DNA of 64,000 bases, taken from the NCBI GenBank assembly GCA_963666345.1, contig OY762721.1, forward strand, positions 96,001 to 160,000. Direction: 5' to 3'. Position numbers and translations under genes: made by a program. This document shows positions 10,926 to 20,196 of this stretch, one piece after another (within the stretch, counting starts at the first letter, position 1; each line of letters starts with the position of its first letter). A model generated the notes under the pieces. The model was not told the DNA's origin and ran no database searches. It saw only the letters and a list, made by a program, of their open reading frames with translations. The stretch comes from Desulfatiglandales bacterium. Lineage in GTDB: Bacteria; Desulfobacterota; DSM-4660; Desulfatiglandales; Desulfatiglandaceae.

Positions 10926-11171
10926 ATGGGAAGCGTCTTTTGGTGGATAAAACAGGCCTTATTGGTCATTGTAGGTAGCTTTTTTCTCATATTTGGAATT
11001 CAGTTGCTGACTGCTTCATACCGATTTAATGACCCTTTCAGTTTTATTATGACTTTTTTTGCCTCAAATTTCATAATACTTATAAGCGCGACTTTGGTCA
11101 TAGGTTTTATTTGTCGTATTATAAAGGCTTACCGTGAGCGAAGTAAAAAAACAGGAGGTCCCGATGGCTAG
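10926..11171 (+). CDS. Small membrane protein of unknown function (two TM helices)
   Basis: Two hydrophobic stretches in an 81-aa ORF (MGSVFWWIKQ...). Its stop overlaps the next start. Confidence 0.55.
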   Translation: MGSVFWWIKQALLVIVGSFFLIFGIQLLTASYRFNDPFSFIMTFFASNFIILISATLVIGFICRIIKAYRERSKKTGGPDG

Positions 11172-11715
11172 AAGAAAAAGCCCTCAGCCCCTGGGCAAAA
11201 GGCTGATGACCCTCAGAAAAGAAAAAAAAATGACCCTGAAGAGTATGGCTAATGAAACCGGGCTCGCTCCCAAGTATATATCCGGGATTGAAAAAGGTGA
11301 GGTAATGCCGCCAGTTTCAGCAATCCTTCAACTTTCAAGGGCACTGGAAATCGATTCCGCCATACTCCTGAAGGAGGAGAGACAAAAGGCGGAAAAAAAA
11401 TCTGCAGATGATTACGCCAAAAGGACAGAGGCATATACCTATGAAAATCTTACGCCGGAGGCACGGCACAAACATCTTAAGGCATTCAGGGTATTTATTG
11501 ACCCTATGTCGGAACATAAGACAGGGGCCAGATATCAGCATATAGGTGAGGAATTTCAATATGTACTTAAAGGAAAGGTAGAGGTGCTTGTTGGAGAGAA
11601 TAAGAACATCCTGGGTCCCGGGGATTGTCTGCACTTTAATTCTTCCATCGTGCATAAGCTGAAAAACATAAGCAAAAAAAGAGCAGAACTGCTGGTGGTT
11701 CTCTACACACCTTGA
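11164..11715 (+). CDS. XRE-family HTH regulator with C-terminal cupin
   Basis: HTH_3-like LRKEKKMTLKSMANETGLAPKYISGIEKG; cupin HIGEEFQYVLKG...PGDCLHFNSSIVH. Confidence 0.9.
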   Translation: MARRKSPQPLGKRLMTLRKEKKMTLKSMANETGLAPKYISGIEKGEVMPPVSAILQLSRALEIDSAILLKEERQKAEKKSADDYAKRTEAYTYENLTPEARHKHLKAFRVFIDPMSEHKTGARYQHIGEEFQYVLKGKVEVLVGENKNILGPGDCLHFNSSIVHKLKNISKKRAELLVVLYTP

Positions 11716-11811
11716 TAAAAAATGGCTTTTGCTCAAATATGCAAAATCTGGTTTTTCATGTCGGGATCTTATACTGTTTACCGGTTTTCGACGAACCTTT
11801 GAGGTGAATAA

Positions 11812-12954
11812 ATGGCCTATCAGCTCAATGAAGAACAGAAAATGATTCGGTCCATGGTAAGGGATTTTGCCAGGGAGATCGTACTGCCTACGGCGTCGGA
11901 AAGGGACAGGACATGTGAATTTCCCTGGGAAAATCTTAAGAAAATGGGCGGACTGGGCCTTATGGGAATGAGCGTTCCGACCGAATATAACGGGGCCGGT
12001 GCGGATACGGTGAGTTACTCGGCTGCGCTTCAGGAAATAGCCTACGCGTGCGCCTCTACTGCAGTTGTAATGTCAGTGCATAATTCCGTTGCCTGCGGAC
12101 CCATCTATCTTTTCGGGTCCGACTATCTAAAGGAGAGATATCTCAAAGCACTGGCAAGCGGTGAGAAGATAGGTTCTTTCGCATTGACGGAACCCGGCGC
12201 GGGCTCTGACCCTGCAAGCCAGAGAACAAAGGCGGTTAAGAAAGGAGATTCCTACATCTTAAACGGAACAAAGGTATTTATCACGACCGGCAAGAATTCC
12301 GATATCACGGTCGTAACCGCCTACACTGACAGAGGCAAAAGACACCGAGGCATAAGCGCCTTTGTGGTTGAAAAGGGTACCCCCGGTTTTTCTGTCGGCA
12401 AAGAGGAAGACAAGATGGGACTAAGGGCCTCAGACACTGTAGAACTTATTCTTGAAGACTGCATTGTGCCTGAGTCAAATCTCCTGGGTAATGAAGGAGA
12501 CGGATTTGTAATATCCATGGCGTCTCTGGACGGCGGAAGAATCGGAATCGCCTCTCAATCGGTTGGCATTGCCCAGGCCTGTATTGATACCTCTGTAAAC
12601 TATGCCAGAGAAAGGGTTCAGTTCAACAAGCCTATCTCACAGTTTCAGGGTCTTCGCTGGATGCTTGCAGACATGGCTACCCAGATAGAGGCAGCAAGGC
12701 TTCTCACATTTAATGCTGCGGCAATGAGGGATCGTGAAGAAAATTATTCGGCTGCCGCCTCCATGGCCAAACTTTTTGCCTCTGAAATGGCCAACAAGGT
12801 CGCTTACCAGGCCTTGCAGATACATGGCGGGTATGGTTATATTAAAGATTTTCCGGTTGAAAGACACTACAGAGACGTAAGGGTCCTTACTATCTATGAA
12901 GGAACATCTGAAATCCAGAGGAAGGTAATCGCGAATCATGTAATAGGAAGGTAA
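11812..12954 (+). CDS. Short-chain acyl-CoA (butyryl-CoA-type) dehydrogenase
   Basis: FALTEPGAGSD, GGRIGIASQ, QIHGGYGY and IYEGTSE (catalytic Glu). Confidence 0.92.
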   Translation: MAYQLNEEQKMIRSMVRDFAREIVLPTASERDRTCEFPWENLKKMGGLGLMGMSVPTEYNGAGADTVSYSAALQEIAYACASTAVVMSVHNSVACGPIYLFGSDYLKERYLKALASGEKIGSFALTEPGAGSDPASQRTKAVKKGDSYILNGTKVFITTGKNSDITVVTAYTDRGKRHRGISAFVVEKGTPGFSVGKEEDKMGLRASDTVELILEDCIVPESNLLGNEGDGFVISMASLDGGRIGIASQSVGIAQACIDTSVNYARERVQFNKPISQFQGLRWMLADMATQIEAARLLTFNAAAMRDREENYSAAASMAKLFASEMANKVAYQALQIHGGYGYIKDFPVERHYRDVRVLTIYEGTSEIQRKVIANHVIGR

Positions 12955-12972
12955 AGAGTTCGCCTCAATGTT

Positions 12973-13190
12973 TCAAGGCCTCGTAAAAGCCTGTTTATCC
13001 AGCTTTGCGGCAGCCTATTGGTAACGAAGTAGGAGACTTCGGCGGCACTAATCATTATCAGTAACTCGATTGGGAAACAAGGTCTCAGCTATCGCATCGA
13101 TATGATTTTGTTGGAAGTCCAACTGTTCCGCCTTGGCGGGAGAACTTTCCGCTTTGCTGTCTAAATTATCACTTTTTACAGGCGCATCAA
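12973..13190. repeat. Degenerate inverted-repeat (MITE/REP-like) intergenic element
   Basis: Imperfect complementary arms GGCCTCGTAAAAG and ACTTTTTACAGGC, plus an internal hairpin CCGCCTTGGCGG at 13128-13139. Confidence 0.35.
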
Positions 13191-13196
13191 TTTTTA

Positions 13197-14099
13197 ATGG
13201 ATAACCTATTTGATAGTTACCAAGATATTATTCCGGATTTCAAGAGGTTCAAGGAAATACTTTCAAGTCCGATTCCCACCCACCTCAGGATTAATTCAAT
13301 AAAATCTGACCCTCAAGAAACCTTGAATTCCCTCATGGATAAGTCTCTAGGCCTCGGGTTTAATGATAAACAATATCAAAATCTCGTTTACTGCAGGGAT
13401 CTTAATTCCCCGGGGAACCTTATTGAGTACTTTTTGGGTGCTGTTCATCCTCAGGCCTTTACCTCCTGCCTTGCTGCGATAGCACTTTGGCCTAAGAAGG
13501 ATTCCTATGTGCTTGACATGTGTGCCTCACCTGGCGGCAAGACTTCACATATGGCCGATCTGATGAAAAACAGCGGGATAATTGTAGCCAATGAGTTGTA
13601 TTCAAACAGGCGAGTTCCGCTCGGAAATACACTGGCAAGGCTCGGGGTCGTAAATACGGTAGTGACAGCGTACCAGGCCCAGGAATTTCCCCTGAAGCAC
13701 TCTTTCGATTTTATACTTGCAGATGTCCCATGCTCAGGTGAGGGAAGATTCAGGTTGAGCGACAAGACAAAGGCGCTCAGAAAACTCCGTAAACAATACG
13801 CGATTCAGGATTTGCAGAAAAAGATAATAGTAAGGGGCTTTGATCTTCTGAAAGAACACGGGGTAATGCTTTATTCGACCTGCACGTATAACCCTGATGA
13901 AAATGAATCCATAATCGATTTTCTCTTAAAAAGCAGAGACGCAGAAATTCTGCCTCTCAGTCTGGGTCCATATGAAGACCTGGGGCTTTTAGGGTGGAAC
14001 GGGAGACATTATGACAAACGTATCGGAAATACCCGCAGATTCTATCCTCACAGAATCGATTCTGTTGGATTCTTCATGGCCAAAATTGGCAGAAGATAA
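13197..14099 (+). CDS. RsmB/RsmF (NOL1/NOP2/Sun) RNA m5C methyltransferase, catalytic domain only
   Basis: LDMCASPGGKT, ADVPCSGEG and YSTCT; both catalytic Cys are present. Confidence 0.9.
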   Translation: MDNLFDSYQDIIPDFKRFKEILSSPIPTHLRINSIKSDPQETLNSLMDKSLGLGFNDKQYQNLVYCRDLNSPGNLIEYFLGAVHPQAFTSCLAAIALWPKKDSYVLDMCASPGGKTSHMADLMKNSGIIVANELYSNRRVPLGNTLARLGVVNTVVTAYQAQEFPLKHSFDFILADVPCSGEGRFRLSDKTKALRKLRKQYAIQDLQKKIIVRGFDLLKEHGVMLYSTCTYNPDENESIIDFLLKSRDAEILPLSLGPYEDLGLLGWNGRHYDKRIGNTRRFYPHRIDSVGFFMAKIGRR

Positions 14100-14553
14100 G
14101 GACAGGGATCAAATTTTCGGATATCTCGAAAAAAGATTCGGAATAGATAAGTCTTTTTTCAAAGGGTACATACTTTTAAAAAGAAAGCGCAGCTGGAACC
14201 TTTTGAAAAATGATAAAGCCCTTGTTTCAGCGTGCAGTTTAAAGGCAGGAAAGGTCGGAATTAGGGCATTCCGGAAGATAGGTGCATACATTAAACCCAC
14301 GACAAGGATGATACAGTTATTCGGATCATATGCCACAAAGGCCAAGATGTCTGTTGATATCACGGACCTCATAAGGCTTCAGAGAGGGGAGCCTCTGAAA
14401 ACGGATCTTAATCTTGAGATGGGCTATGTAATACTGACCCTGGGAAGAGGAAACGTCCTGGGGCTCGGATTTTTTTCGGATGGAATGATTAGGTCGCAAA
14501 TATCCAGAAGGGACCTTAGAGATTCAATTTTGAGGTCCCCGGTTAATCTGTAG
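14065..14553 (+). CDS. Putative stand-alone RsmF C-terminal/NIP7-PUA-like RNA-binding protein
   Basis: Basic ORF overlapping the methyltransferase stop, with YLEKRFGI, KPTTRMIQLFG and GYVIL...VLGLG. Start codon uncertain. Confidence 0.55.
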   Translation: MDSSWPKLAEDKDRDQIFGYLEKRFGIDKSFFKGYILLKRKRSWNLLKNDKALVSACSLKAGKVGIRAFRKIGAYIKPTTRMIQLFGSYATKAKMSVDITDLIRLQRGEPLKTDLNLEMGYVILTLGRGNVLGLGFFSDGMIRSQISRRDLRDSILRSPVNL

Positions 14554-14655
14554 GTTAGCCGGCACAATGTCCATAATGAAGCTTAGAATTTCGTGTGGAA
14601 CGCACGAATGATTGTCAAAAGCTATTTGTCATTAGTTTGTCATAGGAGGGAAAAG

Positions 14656-15858
14656 ATGTTAACGAAGTTACAGCTTGAAAGATACTCCGAGGTCCTGCTG
14701 TGGGGACTTAAAACTGCAAGACGAAAACGTTATAAAAAGGGTGATGTTGTTGCTTTAAGATACGACCTTGCCGCTTCAAGACTTGCGGAGACACTTCAGG
14801 CGAAACTTATCGAATCCGGTTTTAACCTGATAATGAGGCCGGGGCTGACTTCACTTATGGAACAAAACTTTTACGGAAAGGCGGATATTGGTCAACTCAG
14901 ATTCATTGCCCCGGGCGAAACAGAGCTTCATAAAAACCTGAACGGAAGCATTTTCCTGTTTGCACCTGATTCTTTGACCCATCTAAGCGGTATAGATCCG
15001 AGGAAGATCGGAAAGGCTGCGGTTTCAAGAAAGTTCCTGAGAGATATACTTCAGCGAAGAGAAGAGGAGGGCTCCTTTGGCTGGACCTTGTGCGCAATGC
15101 CTACCGATGAACTGGCAAGGCAGGCTCAGCTTACTCAAAGGCAGTACACGAACCAGATAGTAAAGGCCTGCTACCTTGACAGGGATGATCCTGTCAAGGC
15201 ATGGAAGGAAATCTTCAGATCTGCCAAGGTAATAAAAAAAAGGCTTAACAGTATGGAGGTCGAATATTACCACATAGAGTCAAAATACATAGACCTTAAG
15301 GTAAGACCCGGCAGACAACGAAAGTGGATAGGAATTTCAGGACACAATATTCCCAGTTTTGAGATATTTCTTTCACCTGACTGGCGAGGCACAGAGGGTG
15401 TATATTACGCCAATCAGCCCTCTTTCAGAAGCGGAAACTACGTGGAGGGTGTAAGGCTTACCTTTAAGAAAGGTTCGGTTACGGGTATATACGCAAAAAA
15501 GGGGAAAGAGTTTGTCGAAAAACAACTTTCAATGGACAAAGGGGCAAGGCGATTAGGGGAATTTTCTCTTACTGACAAACGGTTTTCAAGGATAAACAGG
15601 TTTATGGCAAACACACTTTATGATGAGAACTACGGAGGTCGCTATGGCAACTGTCACCTTGCCGTGGGTGCCTCATACTCTGATACCTATGATGGAGACC
15701 CTGCCGGACTTACCGAAGAAGAGAAAGAAAGACTCGGGTTTAATGATTCGGCACTTCACTGGGACCTTGTAAATACAGAAAACAAAAGGGTAACGGCACA
15801 CCTGAAAGGTGGAGAAAAAGACGTGATATATGAAAATGGGCTGTTTATTCTTAAATGA
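14656..15858 (+). CDS. M29 family aminopeptidase (AmpS/AmpT-like)
   Basis: NIPSFEIF, LGEFSL, TLYDEN, HLAVG and SALHWD; AGGAGG RBS before 14656. Confidence 0.88.
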   Translation: MLTKLQLERYSEVLLWGLKTARRKRYKKGDVVALRYDLAASRLAETLQAKLIESGFNLIMRPGLTSLMEQNFYGKADIGQLRFIAPGETELHKNLNGSIFLFAPDSLTHLSGIDPRKIGKAAVSRKFLRDILQRREEEGSFGWTLCAMPTDELARQAQLTQRQYTNQIVKACYLDRDDPVKAWKEIFRSAKVIKKRLNSMEVEYYHIESKYIDLKVRPGRQRKWIGISGHNIPSFEIFLSPDWRGTEGVYYANQPSFRSGNYVEGVRLTFKKGSVTGIYAKKGKEFVEKQLSMDKGARRLGEFSLTDKRFSRINRFMANTLYDENYGGRYGNCHLAVGASYSDTYDGDPAGLTEEEKERLGFNDSALHWDLVNTENKRVTAHLKGGEKDVIYENGLFILK

Positions 15859-15878
15859 CAGCATTGATCTATATCAAG

Positions 15879-16420
15879 AGACAAGCTGATCAGAAGTTGC
15901 CTTATGGAGGTAATAAACAACAGACATGATATTTCCTTTTTCAAGAAAAGAATGCCCGGCTCCGAGCTTTGGCGTCTTTATGATGATTTCCGCGACAATG
16001 CGGTTTTCCTTGATATTGAAACGAACGGGGGGTTCAGGGGATTCATGAGATAACGGTTATAGGACTATATGACGGACATGATGTCGACACCTTTGTAAAC
16101 GGAAAAAATCTCAACGATTTTGAGGCTGCTGTTGAAGGTTATGACATTACGATAACCTTTAACGGAAAATGCTTTGATATCCCTATCATTTCAAGCTGGT
16201 TCAGAGGTATCTCCCTGCCTTGGGTACATCTTGATCTAAGATTGCGGACTCAAAAAGATTGGAAAGGAATTCGGGATTTTTAGGGAAAACAGCATCCAGG
16301 GCCTTACCGGTTACGATGCTGTTTTGCTCTGGGATGCATATCAGCAGCGGGGTGATCAAGTCCTCCCTCGAAAGGTTGGTTGAATACAACAGGGCCGATA
16401 TTATGAATATGAAACCTTAA
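15879..16420 (+). pseudogene. Frameshifted YprB/RNase H-like (DnaQ superfamily) exonuclease remnant
   Basis: Successive frames read FLDIET | ITVIGLYDG...TFNGKCFDIP...HLDLR | GLKKIGKEFGI...GYDAVLLW | LVEYNRAD. At least three frameshifts, an internal deletion and no N-terminus. Confidence 0.8.
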
Positions 16421-16536
16421 ATGGGAAAAGGCTACAGGGAGTTGAGAAAAAAGGCGACTTCAGCTTTTTAGGGCCCCTTAGTTCTTATGGTCGTCGACCT
16501 GTGTGAGAAAACAACCTGACTTGAAAAGCCATCTTC

Positions 16537-17475
16537 TCAGTGCCCTATTATCGATTTAAGTCGCTCCAGGGGCTCTTTAATATCGCCTGAGGGGTGAGTG
16601 CAGTATGGAAAATCGATAAGCCCCTTATCACAGAGGATCCTCTTTAAGATTGATACAGGCTCAACATCGTATATTTCCATAACCTTTCTGAGAAAAAGGC
16701 CTGACTCCCACACCTGCTTTATATAATTCGGATAACCTTTTTCTTCACTGCTGATATGCAGAGAGGACAGGGTCACCTTCTGCCATTGGCCCGGAAAAAG
16801 ATTCGCACCCAGCGAAACAACGCCACTCATGCTGGGATAATTTAGAAAGCGGCCTTCATTTTCATCATAGATCCTGAAGTTTTTTCTCCCCCTGCATGCC
16901 TTTTGGTAGTTATGCACCCTGCCAAGAGAACCTGAATAAACCATACCTGCTATCTCACCTATGGAAGAAATTTCCTTTAATATAGAGGTCCTGATGTTCA
17001 ATCTTTTGAGCGGTCTGTCTGCTCCCCGGACAAATTCCGGGTTGTTATGAAGAATAATGGGTCTTCCTGCAATAGAGGATATTTCCTTGTAATAAACAGG
17101 AAGCCCTCGGTTGCTATGATAATAAAGAGGTGTATCTACCCAGAAAATCTTTCCCCTGTATTTTCTTTTTACGACAATACCATTTAGCTTTGAGTAGTTA
17201 TCCCTGGCAGCCTTTTCACTGTCGCCTGAAACCCAGAAAAAAACAGGGACCTTTTCGCGTATAACATCGAGGGTTTTGGCGAAAAGCTCTACTTTCTGCT
17301 GCGTGCCAAGATTAATACCTTCACCTGATTGAGGGCTTGCGATGAAGATGCCTTGGACATATGGAATTATACTGTCCAAAAGCCTGCCCAGCCCATGTCC
17401 GTCGATAGACCCGTCACTATTTAAAGGGGTCAAAAGATCGACGATAAGACCTCTAGGTGAATTTTGATATTCCAT
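16537..17475 (-). CDS. DapA/class I aldolase-like protein with degenerate active site
   Basis: LLTPL..DGSID, SGEG, TPLYY, ILHNNP and GVVSLGANLFP. The Schiff-base Lys position reads GMVYS. Confidence 0.75.
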   Translation of the reverse strand: MEYQNSPRGLIVDLLTPLNSDGSIDGHGLGRLLDSIIPYVQGIFIASPQSGEGINLGTQQKVELFAKTLDVIREKVPVFFWVSGDSEKAARDNYSKLNGIVVKRKYRGKIFWVDTPLYYHSNRGLPVYYKEISSIAGRPIILHNNPEFVRGADRPLKRLNIRTSILKEISSIGEIAGMVYSGSLGRVHNYQKACRGRKNFRIYDENEGRFLNYPSMSGVVSLGANLFPGQWQKVTLSSLHISSEEKGYPNYIKQVWESGLFLRKVMEIYDVEPVSILKRILCDKGLIDFPYCTHPSGDIKEPLERLKSIIGH

Positions 17476-18442
17476 TGAGTCTGAATTCCTCTCCGCCCAA
17501 AACGTCATGCAGGTGTACTACACCCCTGACCTTCATTTGTTTGTCAACAATGGCAAGAAGCGTAATCGAATAAAGTTCCATAAGACCCAGTGCCTCTGCA
17601 GTGGTCTGGTTTTCACCGATTGTTTTTGGCGCAGGAGACATCATCTCTTCCACCTTGAGATCATGGATCATTCCCTTTTTGGTCAGGAGGCATCTCCTGA
17701 GATCACCGTCTGTAATTATCCCCTTGAGCCTCTTTTCCGCATCAACGATAAACGTTGCTCCAATCCCTTTTGAATCGATCTCTCTGACCGCTTCATCTGC
17801 CATTGTACCTAACTGGACTTCAGGTATGTTGTCACCGGCGAGCATTACCTCTTTAACCTTCTTGCCCAGTCTTTCACCAAGGCTCCCACCAGGATGAAAT
17901 CGTCTGAAATCCTCCAAGTCAAAACTGCGGCGGTTTATGAGAACCACGGAAAGGGCGTCTCCCATCGCAAGGGCCGCAGTAGTGCTGGCCGTTGGTGCTA
18001 ATCCCATTGGACAAGCCTCTCTTTCTACTCCAACGTCTATGGTAATGTCCGATAATTGTGCCATTTGGCTGTCAGGCCTTCCTGTAAACGAGATAATCTT
18101 TATTCCCATCTCCTTCAGTATCGGAAGAATCGAATTTATTTCCGACGTCCGGCCGCTGTTGGAAAGTGCCAGCACAATGTCATCATGCGTTACCATCCCG
18201 AGGTCTCCATGGATTGCCTCTGCCGGATGTAAAAAAATCGAGGGTGTCCCTGTGCTGTTTAGCGTGGCCACAATTTTTCTGCCTATCAAACCTGATTTAC
18301 CCATTCCGGTAACTATGACTCTGCCCTTTGCCTTTAAAATGAGGTCTACCGCACTCTCAAATTCCCTGCCGATTCTTTCGACAAGGCCCATAATACTTTC
18401 GGCCTCGATTATCAGGACCTCTTTTGCCTGTTCAATTATCAT
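17453..18442 (-). CDS. kdsD: Arabinose-5-phosphate isomerase, KdsD/KpsF/GutQ family (SIS + 2 CBS)
   Basis: GMGKSG, HPAEAIHGDLG, EACPMGLAPTASTT and FHPGGSLG; CBS pair GIITDGDLRR. Confidence 0.93.
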   Translation of the reverse strand: MIIEQAKEVLIIEAESIMGLVERIGREFESAVDLILKAKGRVIVTGMGKSGLIGRKIVATLNSTGTPSIFLHPAEAIHGDLGMVTHDDIVLALSNSGRTSEINSILPILKEMGIKIISFTGRPDSQMAQLSDITIDVGVEREACPMGLAPTASTTAALAMGDALSVVLINRRSFDLEDFRRFHPGGSLGERLGKKVKEVMLAGDNIPEVQLGTMADEAVREIDSKGIGATFIVDAEKRLKGIITDGDLRRCLLTKKGMIHDLKVEEMMSPAPKTIGENQTTAEALGLMELYSITLLAIVDKQMKVRGVVHLHDVLGGEEFRLNGISKFT

Positions 18443-18668
18443 TTATAGAGTCCAATTCCTTACTGTTATATGATCATTTTGCCGAAGAACGTAAAAGGAC
18501 ATAAATATTAATTAAATAAATCTCTTTATCACTTTCCATGAGGCATCTCAAGGCAATAGTTTGGGAAAAAATCGGAATTGATTTTGACTGGCGCAAAAAA
18601 TATAATGGAAATAATATCGTTCTTTATGCCTGTTTATCATAAAACAAGATAATATTTTGGAGAACCGA

Positions 18669-19268
18669 ATGAACAAAACACCTAAAAAAAATATTGCGGT
18701 TGAAAATGGTGACACACTGTTGCTGGTTGATATGCAGAACGATTTTTTCCCGGGCGGTTCCCTTGCAGTGCCTGAGGCAGATGATATAGTGTCGCCCGCA
18801 AATCGTTATATCAAGATCTTCATTGAAAAGGGGCTGCCTGTCTTATTTTCAAGAGACTGGCACCCTGAAAATCACGTTTCATTTAAATATAAGGGGGGTC
18901 TGTGGCCCTCCCACTGTGTTGCTGGGACAAAAGGAGCTGGTTTTCATCCTCTATTGAACATTCCTGACAATGCAAAGGTAATATCAAAGGCCGTGGAAGA
19001 TAAGATGGATGCCTACTCGGGCTTTCAAGGTACCGATCTTGATAGCCATCTGATATCGGGTAATATTAAGCGCATTTTTATCGGTGGGCTTGCCACAGAG
19101 TACTGTGTGAAAAACAGTGTTCTTGACGCCCTGGGGCTTGGTTACAAGGTCTTTCTGCTTTGTGATGTAATACGCGCAGTGGATGTTGAGCCTGGAGATG
19201 GACAAAAGGCCGTAGAAGAAATGAAAGAAAACGGGGCTTTTACTATCACCCTGGAAACCATCAGGTAG
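18669..19268 (+). CDS. pncA: Nicotinamidase/pyrazinamidase
   Basis: DMQNDFFPGGSL, DWHPENH, WPSHC and GLATEYCV. Confidence 0.92.
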   Translation: MNKTPKKNIAVENGDTLLLVDMQNDFFPGGSLAVPEADDIVSPANRYIKIFIEKGLPVLFSRDWHPENHVSFKYKGGLWPSHCVAGTKGAGFHPLLNIPDNAKVISKAVEDKMDAYSGFQGTDLDSHLISGNIKRIFIGGLATEYCVKNSVLDALGLGYKVFLLCDVIRAVDVEPGDGQKAVEEMKENGAFTITLETIR

Positions 19269-19297
19269 CATTGCCATTTGGAAAATGGCAATGCTAC
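19265..19297 (+). terminator. Perfect 15-bp hairpin after pncA
   Basis: GTAGCATTGCCATTT-gga-AAATGGCAATGCTAC followed by AATTTTAT. Confidence 0.6.
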
Positions 19298-19360
19298 AAT
19301 TTTATATCAAGCAACAGGTTTTCTCATTGTCTAAAACATTTTGCCCAGAGGATATATTAA

Positions 19361-20134
19361 ATGTCTTTTACAAATATCAATGGCTTTAAGATATTCTATG
19401 AAATAGAGGGCAAGGGGGAACCTGTTTTTCTCCTGCACCATGGCTTCGGCTGTGCTGAGATGTGGAAAGATATTTACCCATGTCTTTCAGAAAAGGGGTA
19501 TCAGGTTGTCATGTACGACAGGAGGGGCTACGGAAAATCTGCTCGTGGCGATGATTTTACGGACTTTTACAGAAGCGATGAATTCAGAATACTCTCCATG
19601 GAAGAACTGGAGCATTTACGCGATTTTCTAGGCATAGAGTCTTTTCATATAGTTGGTCAGTGCGAGGGAGGGGTCGTGGGAGCAGATTATTCGGCAAGTT
19701 ATCCCGGGAGGGTAAAATCGTTGGTTACCGCCAGCACACAGTGCCACAGCCCAACGGACATGGTGGAGTTCAACAGGACTAAATTCGCCAAGCCTTTCGG
19801 AGAACTTGACTCGCATCTTATTGAAAAGTTTATGCATTGGCACGGCAGTCATAAGGCAGAAGAGAACTTCAACCTTTTTCGTACGTATGGCGGTGCATAT
19901 GGGAGACGTTATTTCGATCTAAGGCCTGTCCTGAAATCAGTCAAATGTCCCGCCTTGGTAATGTATCCTGACCGTAGCGCCCTTTTTGAGATTGAGCAGG
20001 CTGTAGATTTTTACAGGTCTTTACCCATGGGCGAGCTGGCAGTAATACCACAATGCGGCCATAATACCTATGAACAGAAGCCCGGAGAATATATAAGGAT
20101 ACTGCTTGATTTTCTGGGGTGCCACAGCAGTTGA
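19361..20134 (+). CDS. Alpha/beta hydrolase with Cys at the nucleophile elbow
   Basis: LLHHG, YDRRGYGKS, GQCEGG and CGHNTY. Confidence 0.85.
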   Translation: MSFTNINGFKIFYEIEGKGEPVFLLHHGFGCAEMWKDIYPCLSEKGYQVVMYDRRGYGKSARGDDFTDFYRSDEFRILSMEELEHLRDFLGIESFHIVGQCEGGVVGADYSASYPGRVKSLVTASTQCHSPTDMVEFNRTKFAKPFGELDSHLIEKFMHWHGSHKAEENFNLFRTYGGAYGRRYFDLRPVLKSVKCPALVMYPDRSALFEIEQAVDFYRSLPMGELAVIPQCGHNTYEQKPGEYIRILLDFLGCHSS

Positions 20135-20196
20135 AAACCGGTTCCTTTGTATAAACTGAACGGACGGTGTTGTTTGCCCCCGCATCAAAGACTGGA

